A stretch of DNA of 64,000 nucleotides from a virus, in IMG/VR virus record IMGVR_UViG_3300038321_000157, positions 7,929 through 71,928 of that record, one strand, 5' to 3'. The notes beneath the pieces are model-generated. The model was not told where the DNA came from. It did not search any database and saw only the letters and a program-made list of their open reading frames with translations. Within the stretch, counting starts at the first letter, position 1; the number at the start of each line of letters is the position of its first letter. A program made the position numbers and the translations under genes. Below are positions 28,748 to 39,206 of this stretch, piece after piece.

Positions 28748-31474
28748 TTGAGTTTATCCTGTAAAAGAAGTTATCTACAAGTATTAGGATGTTTATTACA
28801 AAAACCAGAATTACTAAGTGATAGTAGCTATAACTTAGATCGTGATGACTTTGATGAAATATTCCATAAAATGATTTTTGCTTCAATACATAATTTATAT
28901 TTGCAAGGTATTAAAAATATTGATTATATAGCAATTGATAATTATTTAGCACCATATGAATTACAATATAAAATATTTAATGAAAATAATGGGATGGATT
29001 ATATTATTGAATGTCAGAATAATAGCGACTTAGAAAACTTTGATTATTATTATCAAAGAATGAAGAAGTTTAGTTTACTTAGAGATTTATCAGATAAAGG
29101 TATTGATATTAGACTAATATATGATGAAACATTAGTTGAACCAAAAGAACAAGAAAAGATGCAATCATACTTTGATACACTTTCTGTCCAAGATATATTT
29201 AATATAGTTGAGAAAAAAGTTATTGATATTAAAAATAAACATTTAACAAATATAGATAATCAAGGACAAAAGGCAGGAAAGGGATTACGAGAATTAAAAG
29301 AAAGATGTAAAGAAACTCCTGATATTGGTATACCGATGGCAAGTAATATAATGAATACTATTGTGAGAGGTGCAAGATTAAAAAAATTCTATTTAAGGTC
29401 TGCTCCAACTGGAATAGGTAAACTATCAGCGTAAATATTAAGTTATTTTTCTATCTATAAACAATATAAAAGGAGGTGATGTATATGGGTAAAATTAACT
29501 ACGAAGAGTACAATCAAAAATTAGAAACAGCGAAATATAAATATGCTATGGGGAATAGTATTACTAAAATAGCAAAAGAATTGGATATGGATAGAGGGAC
29601 TTTAAGTAAGAATTTTAAATTATCTGGATTTAATATAGTAAATAATCAAAATGATAATCGTTGTTTAAGTAATTTGTTCCATATTATTAATACTGAAGAA
29701 AAAGCATATTGGTTGGGATTTTTATATGCTGACGGATATATTTCTTCTGCGACAAATATAATTGAATTATGTCTAAAAGCAGAAGATAAAGAGCATATAC
29801 AAAAATTCAAATCTTTTTTGAATCATGTTAATAAAATTGGAGAAAAAAATATAAAATTAAATGAAGAAAATTATAAAGCTTATAGAATTAGTTTTAATGA
29901 CAAGATAATGAAACAAGATTTAATAAATAAAGGATGTACTCCAAATAAAAGTTTAACTTTAACTTTCCCTAAAGAAAATCAAGTTCCTAATTATTTAATA
30001 AGACATTTTGTACGTGGTTATATTGATGGAGATGGTTCATTAATATACACAAATAAAACATTTAAAATAGAAGTATTAGGAACTAAATCATTTTTAGAAA
30101 CAATGTGTTTAGTTATGGGATGGAAACTTAATACTTTGTCTTCTAAAGAAAATATTTATACATGGGAATGTAATGATAAACAAACAATTCCATATATATT
30201 AGATCAATTATATAAAGAAAGTAAAATATATTTAGATAGAAAATATGACTTATATTTACGAATGATAAATGCCGTGTTAGGAAGAAATTCTTAATATTAT
30301 AAGTGCGAAATTAAGCGGGAAAGTCCTCCCTCTTTGATAGGATAACCCGAACCGAAGGCTAAAATTAAAAATTTAGTCAGGGGCAGAGCATAGGAATTGA
30401 AACTACTATTTAAAAGTAGAATATAATATTCCCAAGAGTTCGCACCACCTTAACGTAAAGCCGAAGGTGAAAAGATATGCCGAGCTAATCTGTAATGGAT
30501 TAGAAGTAAGGATAAAAAGCCTTACGATAACATAACTGAAATCCAGACTTGCCGCTGCTGATGCTTGTAGTTATGCTGTACCTTATATATGGGATTTAAA
30601 AGAAAAGAAATGGATGTATAGAGGTATATCTGAACCCACACTTTATATTACAACGGAGCTTGAAATAGAAGAAATCCAAACAATGTTTTTAGCTTATGTG
30701 AGTGGAGTTAATGAAGAAAAAATATTAGATGGTAAATATATTGGTAATGAAGAAGATGAAGAAGGTAGAGTAGATCAAGCAATTGAGTTTATTGAACAAT
30801 CTCCTTTATGGATTGAGTATTTATCAGATTTTAATATTGAAGATATTGAGACAGTAATAAGACGGTACCAAATTGATCATAAAGTACAATATGTTTTATT
30901 TGATTATCTACATACTTCTTTAAAACTTATAACTGAAATTGCTACTGCATCAAGAGGTATGAAATTAAGAGAAGACCAAGTATTATTAATGTTTTCTGAT
31001 AGATTGAAAGCAATGTGTAATACACTAAATGTGCATATTGATAGTTCTACTCAAACCAACGGAGATTATAAAAATATTAAAGATGCAGATCAAAATGTTC
31101 TACGTGGTGCAAAAGCTGTAGCTGATAAAATTGATGTTGGTGTAGTTGCTCTTGAACCCACTAATTCAGATATAGAAGCATTACAACCTATATTATCAAA
31201 AGGTATTTATCCTGTCCCTAATATGGTTTATCACATTTATAAAGTTAGGAGAGGAAAACTTACTAGGGTTAAATTATGGCAGTATATTAATCTTGGTAAT
31301 ATGAGAGGTCAAGATTTATTTCTTACAAACAATAAATATCAAATAATACCCGTAGAATCTACAAAAATTGAAATGATTGATGCAATGATTAATGAACATT
31401 CAGTTGACCAAAAAGAAATAGAATCTGATAAAGAAGATAATAAAAATTCAACTAAAGCACTATTCAATTTTTAA
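28748..31474 (+). CDS. dnaB: Replicative DnaB-like helicase, spliced (exons 28748-29419 and 30539-31474; 535 aa)
   Basis: Joining restores Walker A APTGIG|KSRLAAADAC; exon 2 has YITTEL, FDYLH, QTNG. Confidence 0.9.
29420..30538 (+). mobile_element. Group I intron in the helicase gene
   Basis: 5' exon ends in U (GGT), intron ends in G (ATAACTG); P7 GCATA 30388-30392 pairs with TATGC 30476-30480 within AAGATATGCCGA; contains a LAGLIDADG ORF. Confidence 0.88.
29485..30294 (+). CDS. Intron-encoded double-motif LAGLIDADG homing endonuclease
   Basis: AYWLGFLYADG and HFVRGYIDGDG; N-terminal HTH-like segment. Confidence 0.9.
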   Translation: MGKINYEEYNQKLETAKYKYAMGNSITKIAKELDMDRGTLSKNFKLSGFNIVNNQNDNRCLSNLFHIINTEEKAYWLGFLYADGYISSATNIIELCLKAEDKEHIQKFKSFLNHVNKIGEKNIKLNEENYKAYRISFNDKIMKQDLINKGCTPNKSLTLTFPKENQVPNYLIRHFVRGYIDGDGSLIYTNKTFKIEVLGTKSFLETMCLVMGWKLNTLSSKENIYTWECNDKQTIPYILDQLYKESKIYLDRKYDLYLRMINAVLGRNS

Positions 31475-31487
31475 GGGGTGTGAATAG

Positions 31488-32618
31488 ATGCTAGATAAAG
31501 AAAAAATAAAGGAATCTTTAGATGATAGTGATATTAAATTTATACTTAAAGATTTAGGAAGTGATGAACCTCGTACTGATAAAGACGGTAATTTAATCTT
31601 CCAAACCGTTTGTCATAATATTAACGGTGGTTCTTATAAGTTATATTACTATAGAGATACAAAAACTTTCAGGTGCTATACTGAATGTTCTGATACTTTT
31701 GATATTTATGAATTAGTAAGACGTTCAAAATTACGTAAGAATATTAAACTAACTTTTTATGAATGTATTAAACATGTTGCTGCACTTACAAATAAAATTA
31801 TTCATTGTTCTTCTATATTGTCAAATGCTAGTAAAGAGTATTTAATAGATGATTGGGAATGGATTAATCGGTATAAAAGGGTAGAAAAACCTAAAGCTAA
31901 TATACCTATTATTAATGATAAAGTTTTAGAAGTATTTAAAGAATTCTATCACGAATCATGGATAAATGAAGGTATCTCTATGGAGACAATGAGTAAATAT
32001 GGTATTAAGTATTATATAAAAGATGATAAGATAATTATCCCCCATTATGATATTGATAATAATTTAATAGGTATTAGGGGCAGAGCATTACGGGAAGAAG
32101 ATGTATTATCAGGTAAAAAATATATGCCTTTAATGGTAGAAAAACAATTATATAATCATCCTTTAGCATTAAACCTATATGGTTTAAATCATACTCAACA
32201 AGCTATCAAAAGAATAAAAAAAGTAATATTTTTTGAAGCTGAAAAAAGTGTTATGCAATGTGATACTTTTTTTGGAGAAGATTGTTTTGCAGTTGCTACA
32301 TGTGGTATGTCTATATCTAAATGGCATAGAGATATGGTACTTTCCTTAAATCCAGAGGAAGTTTTTATCGCTTATGATAAAGGGTTTACTGATCCTAATA
32401 GTAAAGAAGCATATGATTGTGCTAAGAATGTATTAAAACAAACCTATCCTTTCACACCTTTTGTACGGACATATATATTATGGGATGATTTAGGTTTATT
32501 ACCTTATAAAGCATCTCCTTCTGATATGGGAAAGGATATATTATTAGAATTAATGAAACATAAGTATGAAATTAAAACAAAGAATGGAGAAGATTTAGAA
32601 ATATGCAGTATAAATTAA
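31488..32618 (+). CDS. dnaG: DnaG-like DNA primase
   Basis: CHN..C..C zinc domain; RGR; Toprim FEAEKSV..AYD. Confidence 0.85.
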   Translation: MLDKEKIKESLDDSDIKFILKDLGSDEPRTDKDGNLIFQTVCHNINGGSYKLYYYRDTKTFRCYTECSDTFDIYELVRRSKLRKNIKLTFYECIKHVAALTNKIIHCSSILSNASKEYLIDDWEWINRYKRVEKPKANIPIINDKVLEVFKEFYHESWINEGISMETMSKYGIKYYIKDDKIIIPHYDIDNNLIGIRGRALREEDVLSGKKYMPLMVEKQLYNHPLALNLYGLNHTQQAIKRIKKVIFFEAEKSVMQCDTFFGEDCFAVATCGMSISKWHRDMVLSLNPEEVFIAYDKGFTDPNSKEAYDCAKNVLKQTYPFTPFVRTYILWDDLGLLPYKASPSDMGKDILLELMKHKYEIKTKNGEDLEICSIN

Positions 32619-34315
32619 TAGGAAAGAATGATTATTTAATTAATCCGATAGAAACTATTTTATATAATAGAGGAATTACTAATATTGAAGATTTTCTTAA
32701 TGTAAATTTAAAACATACATATCATTACTCACAATTAAAAAATATTGACATAGCAGTAAAATGTTTATTGAATCATTTACAAAATAATAATATAATATTT
32801 ATACAAATAGACTCAGACTTCGATGGTTTTTCTTCGGCTTCACTTTTATATAATTACATAAAATTAATTTGCCCTAATAGTAATATAATTTGGGAAGTAC
32901 CTGAAGGAAAGGAACATGGTATAGATATAGATAAAATTAGTGATGATGTATCTCTTGTGATTATTCCAGATGCAGGTTCTAATGATTTAGAACAACATAA
33001 GATATTAAAAGAAAGAGGAATTGATTGTTTAGTTCTTGATCATCATAAAATAGATAAAAAAGAAAGTACTGATGCAATTATAGTAAATAATCAAATAGGT
33101 GATTATCCGAATAAAAATTTATCTGGTGTGGGAGTTGTTTATAAATTTTGTCAAGCGTTAGATGATGAATTAAATATGCAGTATGCTGATAATTTCTTAG
33201 ATCTAGTCGCATGTGGGAATATTGCAGATGTAATGGATTTAAGAAGTTTAGAAACACGTTATTATGTTTTAAAAGGGTTAAAGAATATTAATAATCCATT
33301 TCTAAAAGAATTATTTGTAAAACAATCTTATTCAACTAAGGGAATAATCAATATTATTAATTGTGCTTTTTATATTGCTCCTTTGGTTAATGCTTGTGTT
33401 CGTTTTGGGACTCAAGAAGAAAAGGAAAATATGTTTAAAGCGTTTATCGGTAGTAATGAAACACTTCCTTATAAAAAACGTGGTACAAAGGAAGAAATTC
33501 AACAACCTATAACTGAAGCAATGGCAAGAATTTGTACTAATATTAAAGCAAGGCAAAATAGGGAGAGAGATAAAAATTTAATTGTATTAGAAGAAAGAAT
33601 TCAAGAAAAGAAATTGTTAGAAAATAAAATTCTTATTATAGATGTTACTAATATTCTCGAAAAGACTCTTACTGGATTAGTTGCTGGTCAATTGGCTGAA
33701 AAATATAAAAGACCAGTTATATTATTAAGGTATAATGAAAAAAAGAATCATTATGGCGGTAGTGCTAGGGGGTATGAAAAAGGTGTAATTAAAAATATAC
33801 AACAATTTTTGTTAGATTCTCATAAATTCTTATATGCTCTTGGTCATCCTAATGCTTGTGGGATTGGGATTACTTTTGATAATATTATCAAGGCAAATGA
33901 TATTTTTAATGAAAAACTAAAAGATGTAGTGTTTGAAGATATATATGATGTTGATTTTATAATTCCTAGTAATAATATTAATAAAGAATTTATATTAAAT
34001 ATGAATAAATATAGTAATATCTGGGGTGGAGGAATTGATGAACCATTAATTTGTTTTTCAGGAATAATAATAATTGCAAATGATGTTGCTATATTAGGAA
34101 AAGAACAAAATACTATTAAGTTCACATATAGAGATATTGAATTTATAAAATTTAATTGTAATGAAGAACAGATTAATAATATAAAAAATACTGCAAAAAC
34201 AGTTGAAGTTGATATAGTTGGTAGATGCGGAGTAAATGAGTATAAAGGTAATATATCAGCACAAGTAATCATAAGTGATTTTAATGTTAAGAAGACTAAA
34301 AAATTTGTGTTTTAA
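32603..34315 (+). CDS. recJ: RecJ-like ssDNA exonuclease (DHH)
   Basis: DSDFDG, IPDAG, LDHH, GSAR, GHPNACG. Confidence 0.9.
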   Translation: MQYKLIGKNDYLINPIETILYNRGITNIEDFLNVNLKHTYHYSQLKNIDIAVKCLLNHLQNNNIIFIQIDSDFDGFSSASLLYNYIKLICPNSNIIWEVPEGKEHGIDIDKISDDVSLVIIPDAGSNDLEQHKILKERGIDCLVLDHHKIDKKESTDAIIVNNQIGDYPNKNLSGVGVVYKFCQALDDELNMQYADNFLDLVACGNIADVMDLRSLETRYYVLKGLKNINNPFLKELFVKQSYSTKGIINIINCAFYIAPLVNACVRFGTQEEKENMFKAFIGSNETLPYKKRGTKEEIQQPITEAMARICTNIKARQNRERDKNLIVLEERIQEKKLLENKILIIDVTNILEKTLTGLVAGQLAEKYKRPVILLRYNEKKNHYGGSARGYEKGVIKNIQQFLLDSHKFLYALGHPNACGIGITFDNIIKANDIFNEKLKDVVFEDIYDVDFIIPSNNINKEFILNMNKYSNIWGGGIDEPLICFSGIIIIANDVAILGKEQNTIKFTYRDIEFIKFNCNEEQINNIKNTAKTVEVDIVGRCGVNEYKGNISAQVIISDFNVKKTKKFVF

Positions 34316-34328
34316 AGGGTGAAATATA

Positions 34329-37300
34329 TTGGAGCAAAAATATTTTAATCTACATAATCATACAAATTACTCAAATCTAAGGCTTGTAGACTGTATTACT
34401 AAAGTCGATAAATTAATAGATAGAGCAATTGAATTAGATTATAGTGGTTTAGCAATAACTGAACATGAATGTATATCATCACATATAGAAGCAATTAAAC
34501 ATATTAAAATATTACGTGAAGAAAATAAAATTGACGATAATTGGAAGTTGATTCTTGGTAATGAAATTTATCTAGTTGATGATAAATATTGTTTAAAAGA
34601 GAATTATATTTCAGGAGAAACAAAGTTTTATCATTTTATTTTATTAGCAAAAGATAAAGAAGGCCATAAACAAATTAGAGAATTATCATCAATTGCTTGG
34701 GATAATCTTTATTCTACTGGACAGATGGAAAGAGTACCTACTGGCAAAAGTGACTTAGAAAGAGTTATCAAAGGGAATCATGTAATTGGGAGTACTGCCT
34801 GTTTAGGAGGTGAGTTCTCTCAATTAATATTGAAATTAATAGAATTAGAGCAGAGTAATAATATAAAGCTAGTAGAAGAAATTAAATGGCGAATAGATAA
34901 TTTTATTCAGTGGTGCATCTCAGTATTTGGTAAAGAGTGTTTTTTTATCGAAATCCAACCTTCAAATATGATTGGACAAATTGAATTTAATAAAAAAGCT
35001 ATAGAAATTGCTAAAGCATATGGTTTAAAGTGGATTGTAACAACAGATACACATTATCTTAATAAAGAGGATAGAATGATTCATAAAGCCTATTTAAATT
35101 CTAAAGATGGAGATAGAGAAGTAGATGATTTTTATTCTTCTACATATTTACAATCCATCGAAGAAATTAAAGATTACTTATCATATTTAAATAAAGAAGA
35201 CATTGAACAAGCAATAAATAATACTTTATTAATTGGGAATATGGTAGAAAATTATGATTTAAAAAGTAATGTTATAGTTCCTAGAATTACTTTACCTAAG
35301 TTTGAAGTAGAACATATTTTTAAGCAAGTATATGAAAAATATCCTTATTTAGAAAAGTTTGCTTACAGTAATGATGATCAGGATAGATATTTATTTAAAC
35401 TTATAGAAGAAGGTTTTAAAAATAAAATATGGACAGATACACTTACTAAAGAATATTTTTATCAAGTTCTTGAAAGAATTAATACTGAATTAAAGGAATT
35501 ATGGGAAATTACAAATGTAATAAACACTAAATTATCCTCTTATTATATTACTACTAGGCAAATCATTAATATAATGTGGAATGAAGGAGATAGTTTAGTC
35601 GGAGTAGCAAGAGGAAGTGTAACTGGTTTTCTAATATGCTATCTCATAGATATTACTCAAATTAATCCTTTGCAATGGGGGTTGCCTCATTGGAGACATC
35701 TTACTGCATCAAGACCAGAGTTACCAGATATTGATTTGGATTCCGCAGCTAATAGAAGAAAACAGATACTTAAAGCATTACAAAATTATTTCGGAGAAGA
35801 TAGAGTACTTAATATATGTACTTTTGGTACAGAAGGTAGTAGAAGTGCAGTTTTAACAGCATGTAGAGGACTTTTCATTGATAATGATACTGCTCAATAT
35901 ATTGCTGATATGATACCTTTTGAAAGAGGTTCTAATTGGCCTATTAAAGATTGTATTAATGGGAATGAAGAAAAAAGTAGAAAACCCGTAAAAGAATTTA
36001 TTAATGAAATTAAATCTTATGAGAATTTACTTGATGTGGCATTAGGTATTGAAGGTTTGATTAATAAACGCTCAATTCATGCTTCAGGTGTATTCATTTA
36101 TAATGATAATTTTGTTAATTTTAATGCACGAATGAAAGCACCAAATGGTCAATTTATAAGTCAATGGAATATGAATGATAGTGAATATTGTGGGAATTTA
36201 AAAGTTGATCTTCTTACTATTGAAGCATTAGATAAAATAAGAGCAACTTTAGATATGTTAGTTGAAGATGGATATATGGAATGGCAAGGAAGTTTAAGAG
36301 AAACTTATAATAAATATATTCATCCAGACGTATTAGATTATGATACACCTGAAATGTGGAAAATGATTGCTGATAATACAATTGTAGATTTATTTCAATT
36401 TGATACTGAAGTAGGATTACAAGCAGCACAAAAAGTAAAACCAACTAACATGTTTGAAATGGCAGTTGTTAATTCATTAATGAGATTAATGGGAGATGGG
36501 AATAAACAACCAGTAGATCAGTATATAGAATATAAAAAGAATATTAATAAATGGTATGAAGAAATGAGAAGTTATAATTTAACTTCCGAAGAGATTAAAG
36601 TGTTAGAAAAATATTTAAAAAAAATATATGGAGTAGCAGATACACAAGAAGTTGTGATGGAATTGTCTATGGATGATAAAATTGCTGGATTCGATTTAAA
36701 GCAAAGTAACACACTCAGAAAAGGTATTGCTAAGAAAAAAGGTAAAATTATTGATGAAGCAAAAGCAGAATTTTTTAAACAAGGTGAAAAGATTGGTACA
36801 AGTAATAATTTATTAAAATATGTTTGGGATGTTCAAATTAAACGGCAGTTAGGATATTCTTTTTCGATTAATCATACGACCCCTTATTCCTGTATTGGTT
36901 TGCAAGAAATGAATTTAGCATTCCATTATCCTAAACTTTATTGGGAAACTGCTTGTTTATCAGTAAATGCAGGAGCAGATGAAGAATCAGAAGATAATAA
37001 ATCTACTAACTATGGTAAAATTGCAAGTTCAATAGGTAATATGCAACATAGAGATGTTAAAATAGCTTTACCTGATATAAATAAGGCTAGTTTTGGTTTT
37101 AAAGCAGATTTAAAAAATAATCAAATAATATTTGGATTAAAAGGTATTAATGGAATTGGTGATGATGTTGTTAAAAATATTATTTCTAATAGACCATATA
37201 TATCATTTGAAGATTTTTTAAATAGAATGGTTTTATGTGAAAATTCATTAATTAAAAATAGCCATATGATACAGTTAATAAAAGCAGGGTGCTTTGACGA

Positions 37301-38267
37301 ATTAGTCAACAAATCAAGAATAGATATTATGAAAGATTATCTTAACCAAATATATGAACCTAAAAAAGACTTAGGATTAAGAAATATTAACAATGTAATT
37401 GAAGCAAATTTAGTACCAGAAGATAAACAAATTTATTTCAGATATTATAATTTTAAAAATTACATTACCAGTAAAGAGTTTATTCATGAATTAATACCTT
37501 CTAAAAGACCGACTAAAAAAGGGTATAGTGATAGATTAATCAAACTTGATGATATAGCATATCCATTCTATCAAGAACATTTTTCAGAAGATAATATTAC
37601 TGAATACTATGATAATACTATAATAATATCCGAAAATAAGTTTATGAAAGAATATAATAAAAAGATGGAAGATTTTAAAATATGGATAAGTAATGAAGAA
37701 TTATTAAAAAAGTATAATGATTACTTATATCAAGAAATTTGGAATAAACATGCCAAAGGCAGTATCCCAAAATGGGAAATGGACGCACTTTGTTTTTATT
37801 ACACAGAACATGAATTGTGTAATGTTAATATGAATAAATTTAACATTGTTAATTTCTTTGAAATGCCTATAAAACCAAAAGTAGTTGATACATATACTAG
37901 AAAAGGAATTAAAAGAAATAAATTTGAAATAGTTAGAATTGCTGGAACTGTGTTAGATAAAAATAAACATAAACATTCAATATCACTATTAACTGTAGAT
38001 GGGGTAGTAAATGTAAAATATTATGACGGTGCATTTTATCATTATGACCGTCAAATATCACAGAAAAATAAAGATGGTAGTAAAACTGTGTTAGAAAAGT
38101 CATGGTTTTCAAGGGGTTCGCTCTTAATCATAGCAGGTTACAGGAGAGGTAATACATTTCGCCCGTATAGATATAAAGATACTATTTATCAACATACAAC
38201 CACAAAGATTGTCGGTATAAGTGATAATGGAGATTTAATATTAGAATCAGAAAGGACACAAGAATAA
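34329..38267 (+). CDS. dnaE: DNA polymerase III alpha subunit
   Basis: PHP domain (LHNHTNYS, ITEH, TDTHY); RGS; PDIDLD; HASG; YSFSINH. Confidence 0.95.
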   Translation: MEQKYFNLHNHTNYSNLRLVDCITKVDKLIDRAIELDYSGLAITEHECISSHIEAIKHIKILREENKIDDNWKLILGNEIYLVDDKYCLKENYISGETKFYHFILLAKDKEGHKQIRELSSIAWDNLYSTGQMERVPTGKSDLERVIKGNHVIGSTACLGGEFSQLILKLIELEQSNNIKLVEEIKWRIDNFIQWCISVFGKECFFIEIQPSNMIGQIEFNKKAIEIAKAYGLKWIVTTDTHYLNKEDRMIHKAYLNSKDGDREVDDFYSSTYLQSIEEIKDYLSYLNKEDIEQAINNTLLIGNMVENYDLKSNVIVPRITLPKFEVEHIFKQVYEKYPYLEKFAYSNDDQDRYLFKLIEEGFKNKIWTDTLTKEYFYQVLERINTELKELWEITNVINTKLSSYYITTRQIINIMWNEGDSLVGVARGSVTGFLICYLIDITQINPLQWGLPHWRHLTASRPELPDIDLDSAANRRKQILKALQNYFGEDRVLNICTFGTEGSRSAVLTACRGLFIDNDTAQYIADMIPFERGSNWPIKDCINGNEEKSRKPVKEFINEIKSYENLLDVALGIEGLINKRSIHASGVFIYNDNFVNFNARMKAPNGQFISQWNMNDSEYCGNLKVDLLTIEALDKIRATLDMLVEDGYMEWQGSLRETYNKYIHPDVLDYDTPEMWKMIADNTIVDLFQFDTEVGLQAAQKVKPTNMFEMAVVNSLMRLMGDGNKQPVDQYIEYKKNINKWYEEMRSYNLTSEEIKVLEKYLKKIYGVADTQEVVMELSMDDKIAGFDLKQSNTLRKGIAKKKGKIIDEAKAEFFKQGEKIGTSNNLLKYVWDVQIKRQLGYSFSINHTTPYSCIGLQEMNLAFHYPKLYWETACLSVNAGADEESEDNKSTNYGKIASSIGNMQHRDVKIALPDINKASFGFKADLKNNQIIFGLKGINGIGDDVVKNIISNRPYISFEDFLNRMVLCENSLIKNSHMIQLIKAGCFDELVNKSRIDIMKDYLNQIYEPKKDLGLRNINNVIEANLVPEDKQIYFRYYNFKNYITSKEFIHELIPSKRPTKKGYSDRLIKLDDIAYPFYQEHFSEDNITEYYDNTIIISENKFMKEYNKKMEDFKIWISNEELLKKYNDYLYQEIWNKHAKGSIPKWEMDALCFYYTEHELCNVNMNKFNIVNFFEMPIKPKVVDTYTRKGIKRNKFEIVRIAGTVLDKNKHKHSISLLTVDGVVNVKYYDGAFYHYDRQISQKNKDGSKTVLEKSWFSRGSLLIIAGYRRGNTFRPYRYKDTIYQHTTTKIVGISDNGDLILESERTQE

Positions 38268-39206
38268 ATGTCTAGATTTAAGAATTTAACAGGAGAAATT
38301 TATGGGAATTTTAAAGTTTTATATTTAGACAAAGAAAGGAGTAGTAAAACCAATAGAACCTATTGGATGTGTGAATGTCAATGTAGGTATAAAACTTTAG
38401 TAAGTAAAAGACAAGATGTGTTAAAGAAAAATAAAAATAATAAATGTCCAAAATGTGATTGTTGTTATTGTGATTTATCTGGTGAATATGGAATTGGTTA
38501 TACTTCACAAGAAATAGTATTTTATTTTGATTTAGAAGACTATGATGTAGTTTGTGATTATAATTGGATAAAAAGTGAAGGAAATTATATATATAGAAAT
38601 GTTAATTCTCAACAAGTATATTTACATAGAAGTATTATGAGTAAATATGAAAATATAGAAAGTAAAACAATAGACCACATTAATCATAATACTTTAGATA
38701 ATAGGAAAGAAAATTTAAGAGTTTGTGAACTTTATGAAAATCTTAGAAATAATAAAGTTAGTAGAGCAAGTTCAGGATATAAAGGAGTATATTATAATGA
38801 AAGAGATGATAATTGGCGTGTTAGAATATCATTAATTGATAATAAAATAAACATAGGAACATTTGATAATCTTGAAGATGCAGTTATTGCAAGGATTCAA
38901 GCAGAAAAAGAGTATTATAATGATTTTAGATATAAAGACAGAGATGAAGAAATTGAATCAAATTTAAATATAAACATTGATGAAATTAGCAATATAAAAA
39001 TAAATAAAAATTCCAAACAGTCTAAACCTGTAATACAATATAGCTTGAATAATGAATATATTAAATCATTTAATAATTTATTAGAAGCAGAAAAACTTAC
39101 AAATTGTAATTATCAACATATAAGAGAGTGCTGTGAGAATATAAGAAAAACCCATAAAGGTTATAAATGGAGTTATGGCACAGAAAGGATACAAGTTAAT
39201 GAGTGA
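38268..39206 (+). CDS. HNH-AP2 homing endonuclease with C-terminal NUMOD1-like domain
   Basis: LHRSI..IDHINHNTLDNRKENLR; SGYKGVY; KPVIQY..CC...RKTHKGYKW. Confidence 0.85.
   Translation: MSRFKNLTGEIYGNFKVLYLDKERSSKTNRTYWMCECQCRYKTLVSKRQDVLKKNKNNKCPKCDCCYCDLSGEYGIGYTSQEIVFYFDLEDYDVVCDYNWIKSEGNYIYRNVNSQQVYLHRSIMSKYENIESKTIDHINHNTLDNRKENLRVCELYENLRNNKVSRASSGYKGVYYNERDDNWRVRISLIDNKINIGTFDNLEDAVIARIQAEKEYYNDFRYKDRDEEIESNLNINIDEISNIKINKNSKQSKPVIQYSLNNEYIKSFNNLLEAEKLTNCNYQHIRECCENIRKTHKGYKWSYGTERIQVNE

Noticed and set aside
30614-31474. Independent gene
   Set aside because: It is exon 2 of the intron-split helicase; the frame is open back to 30539 and completes Walker A.
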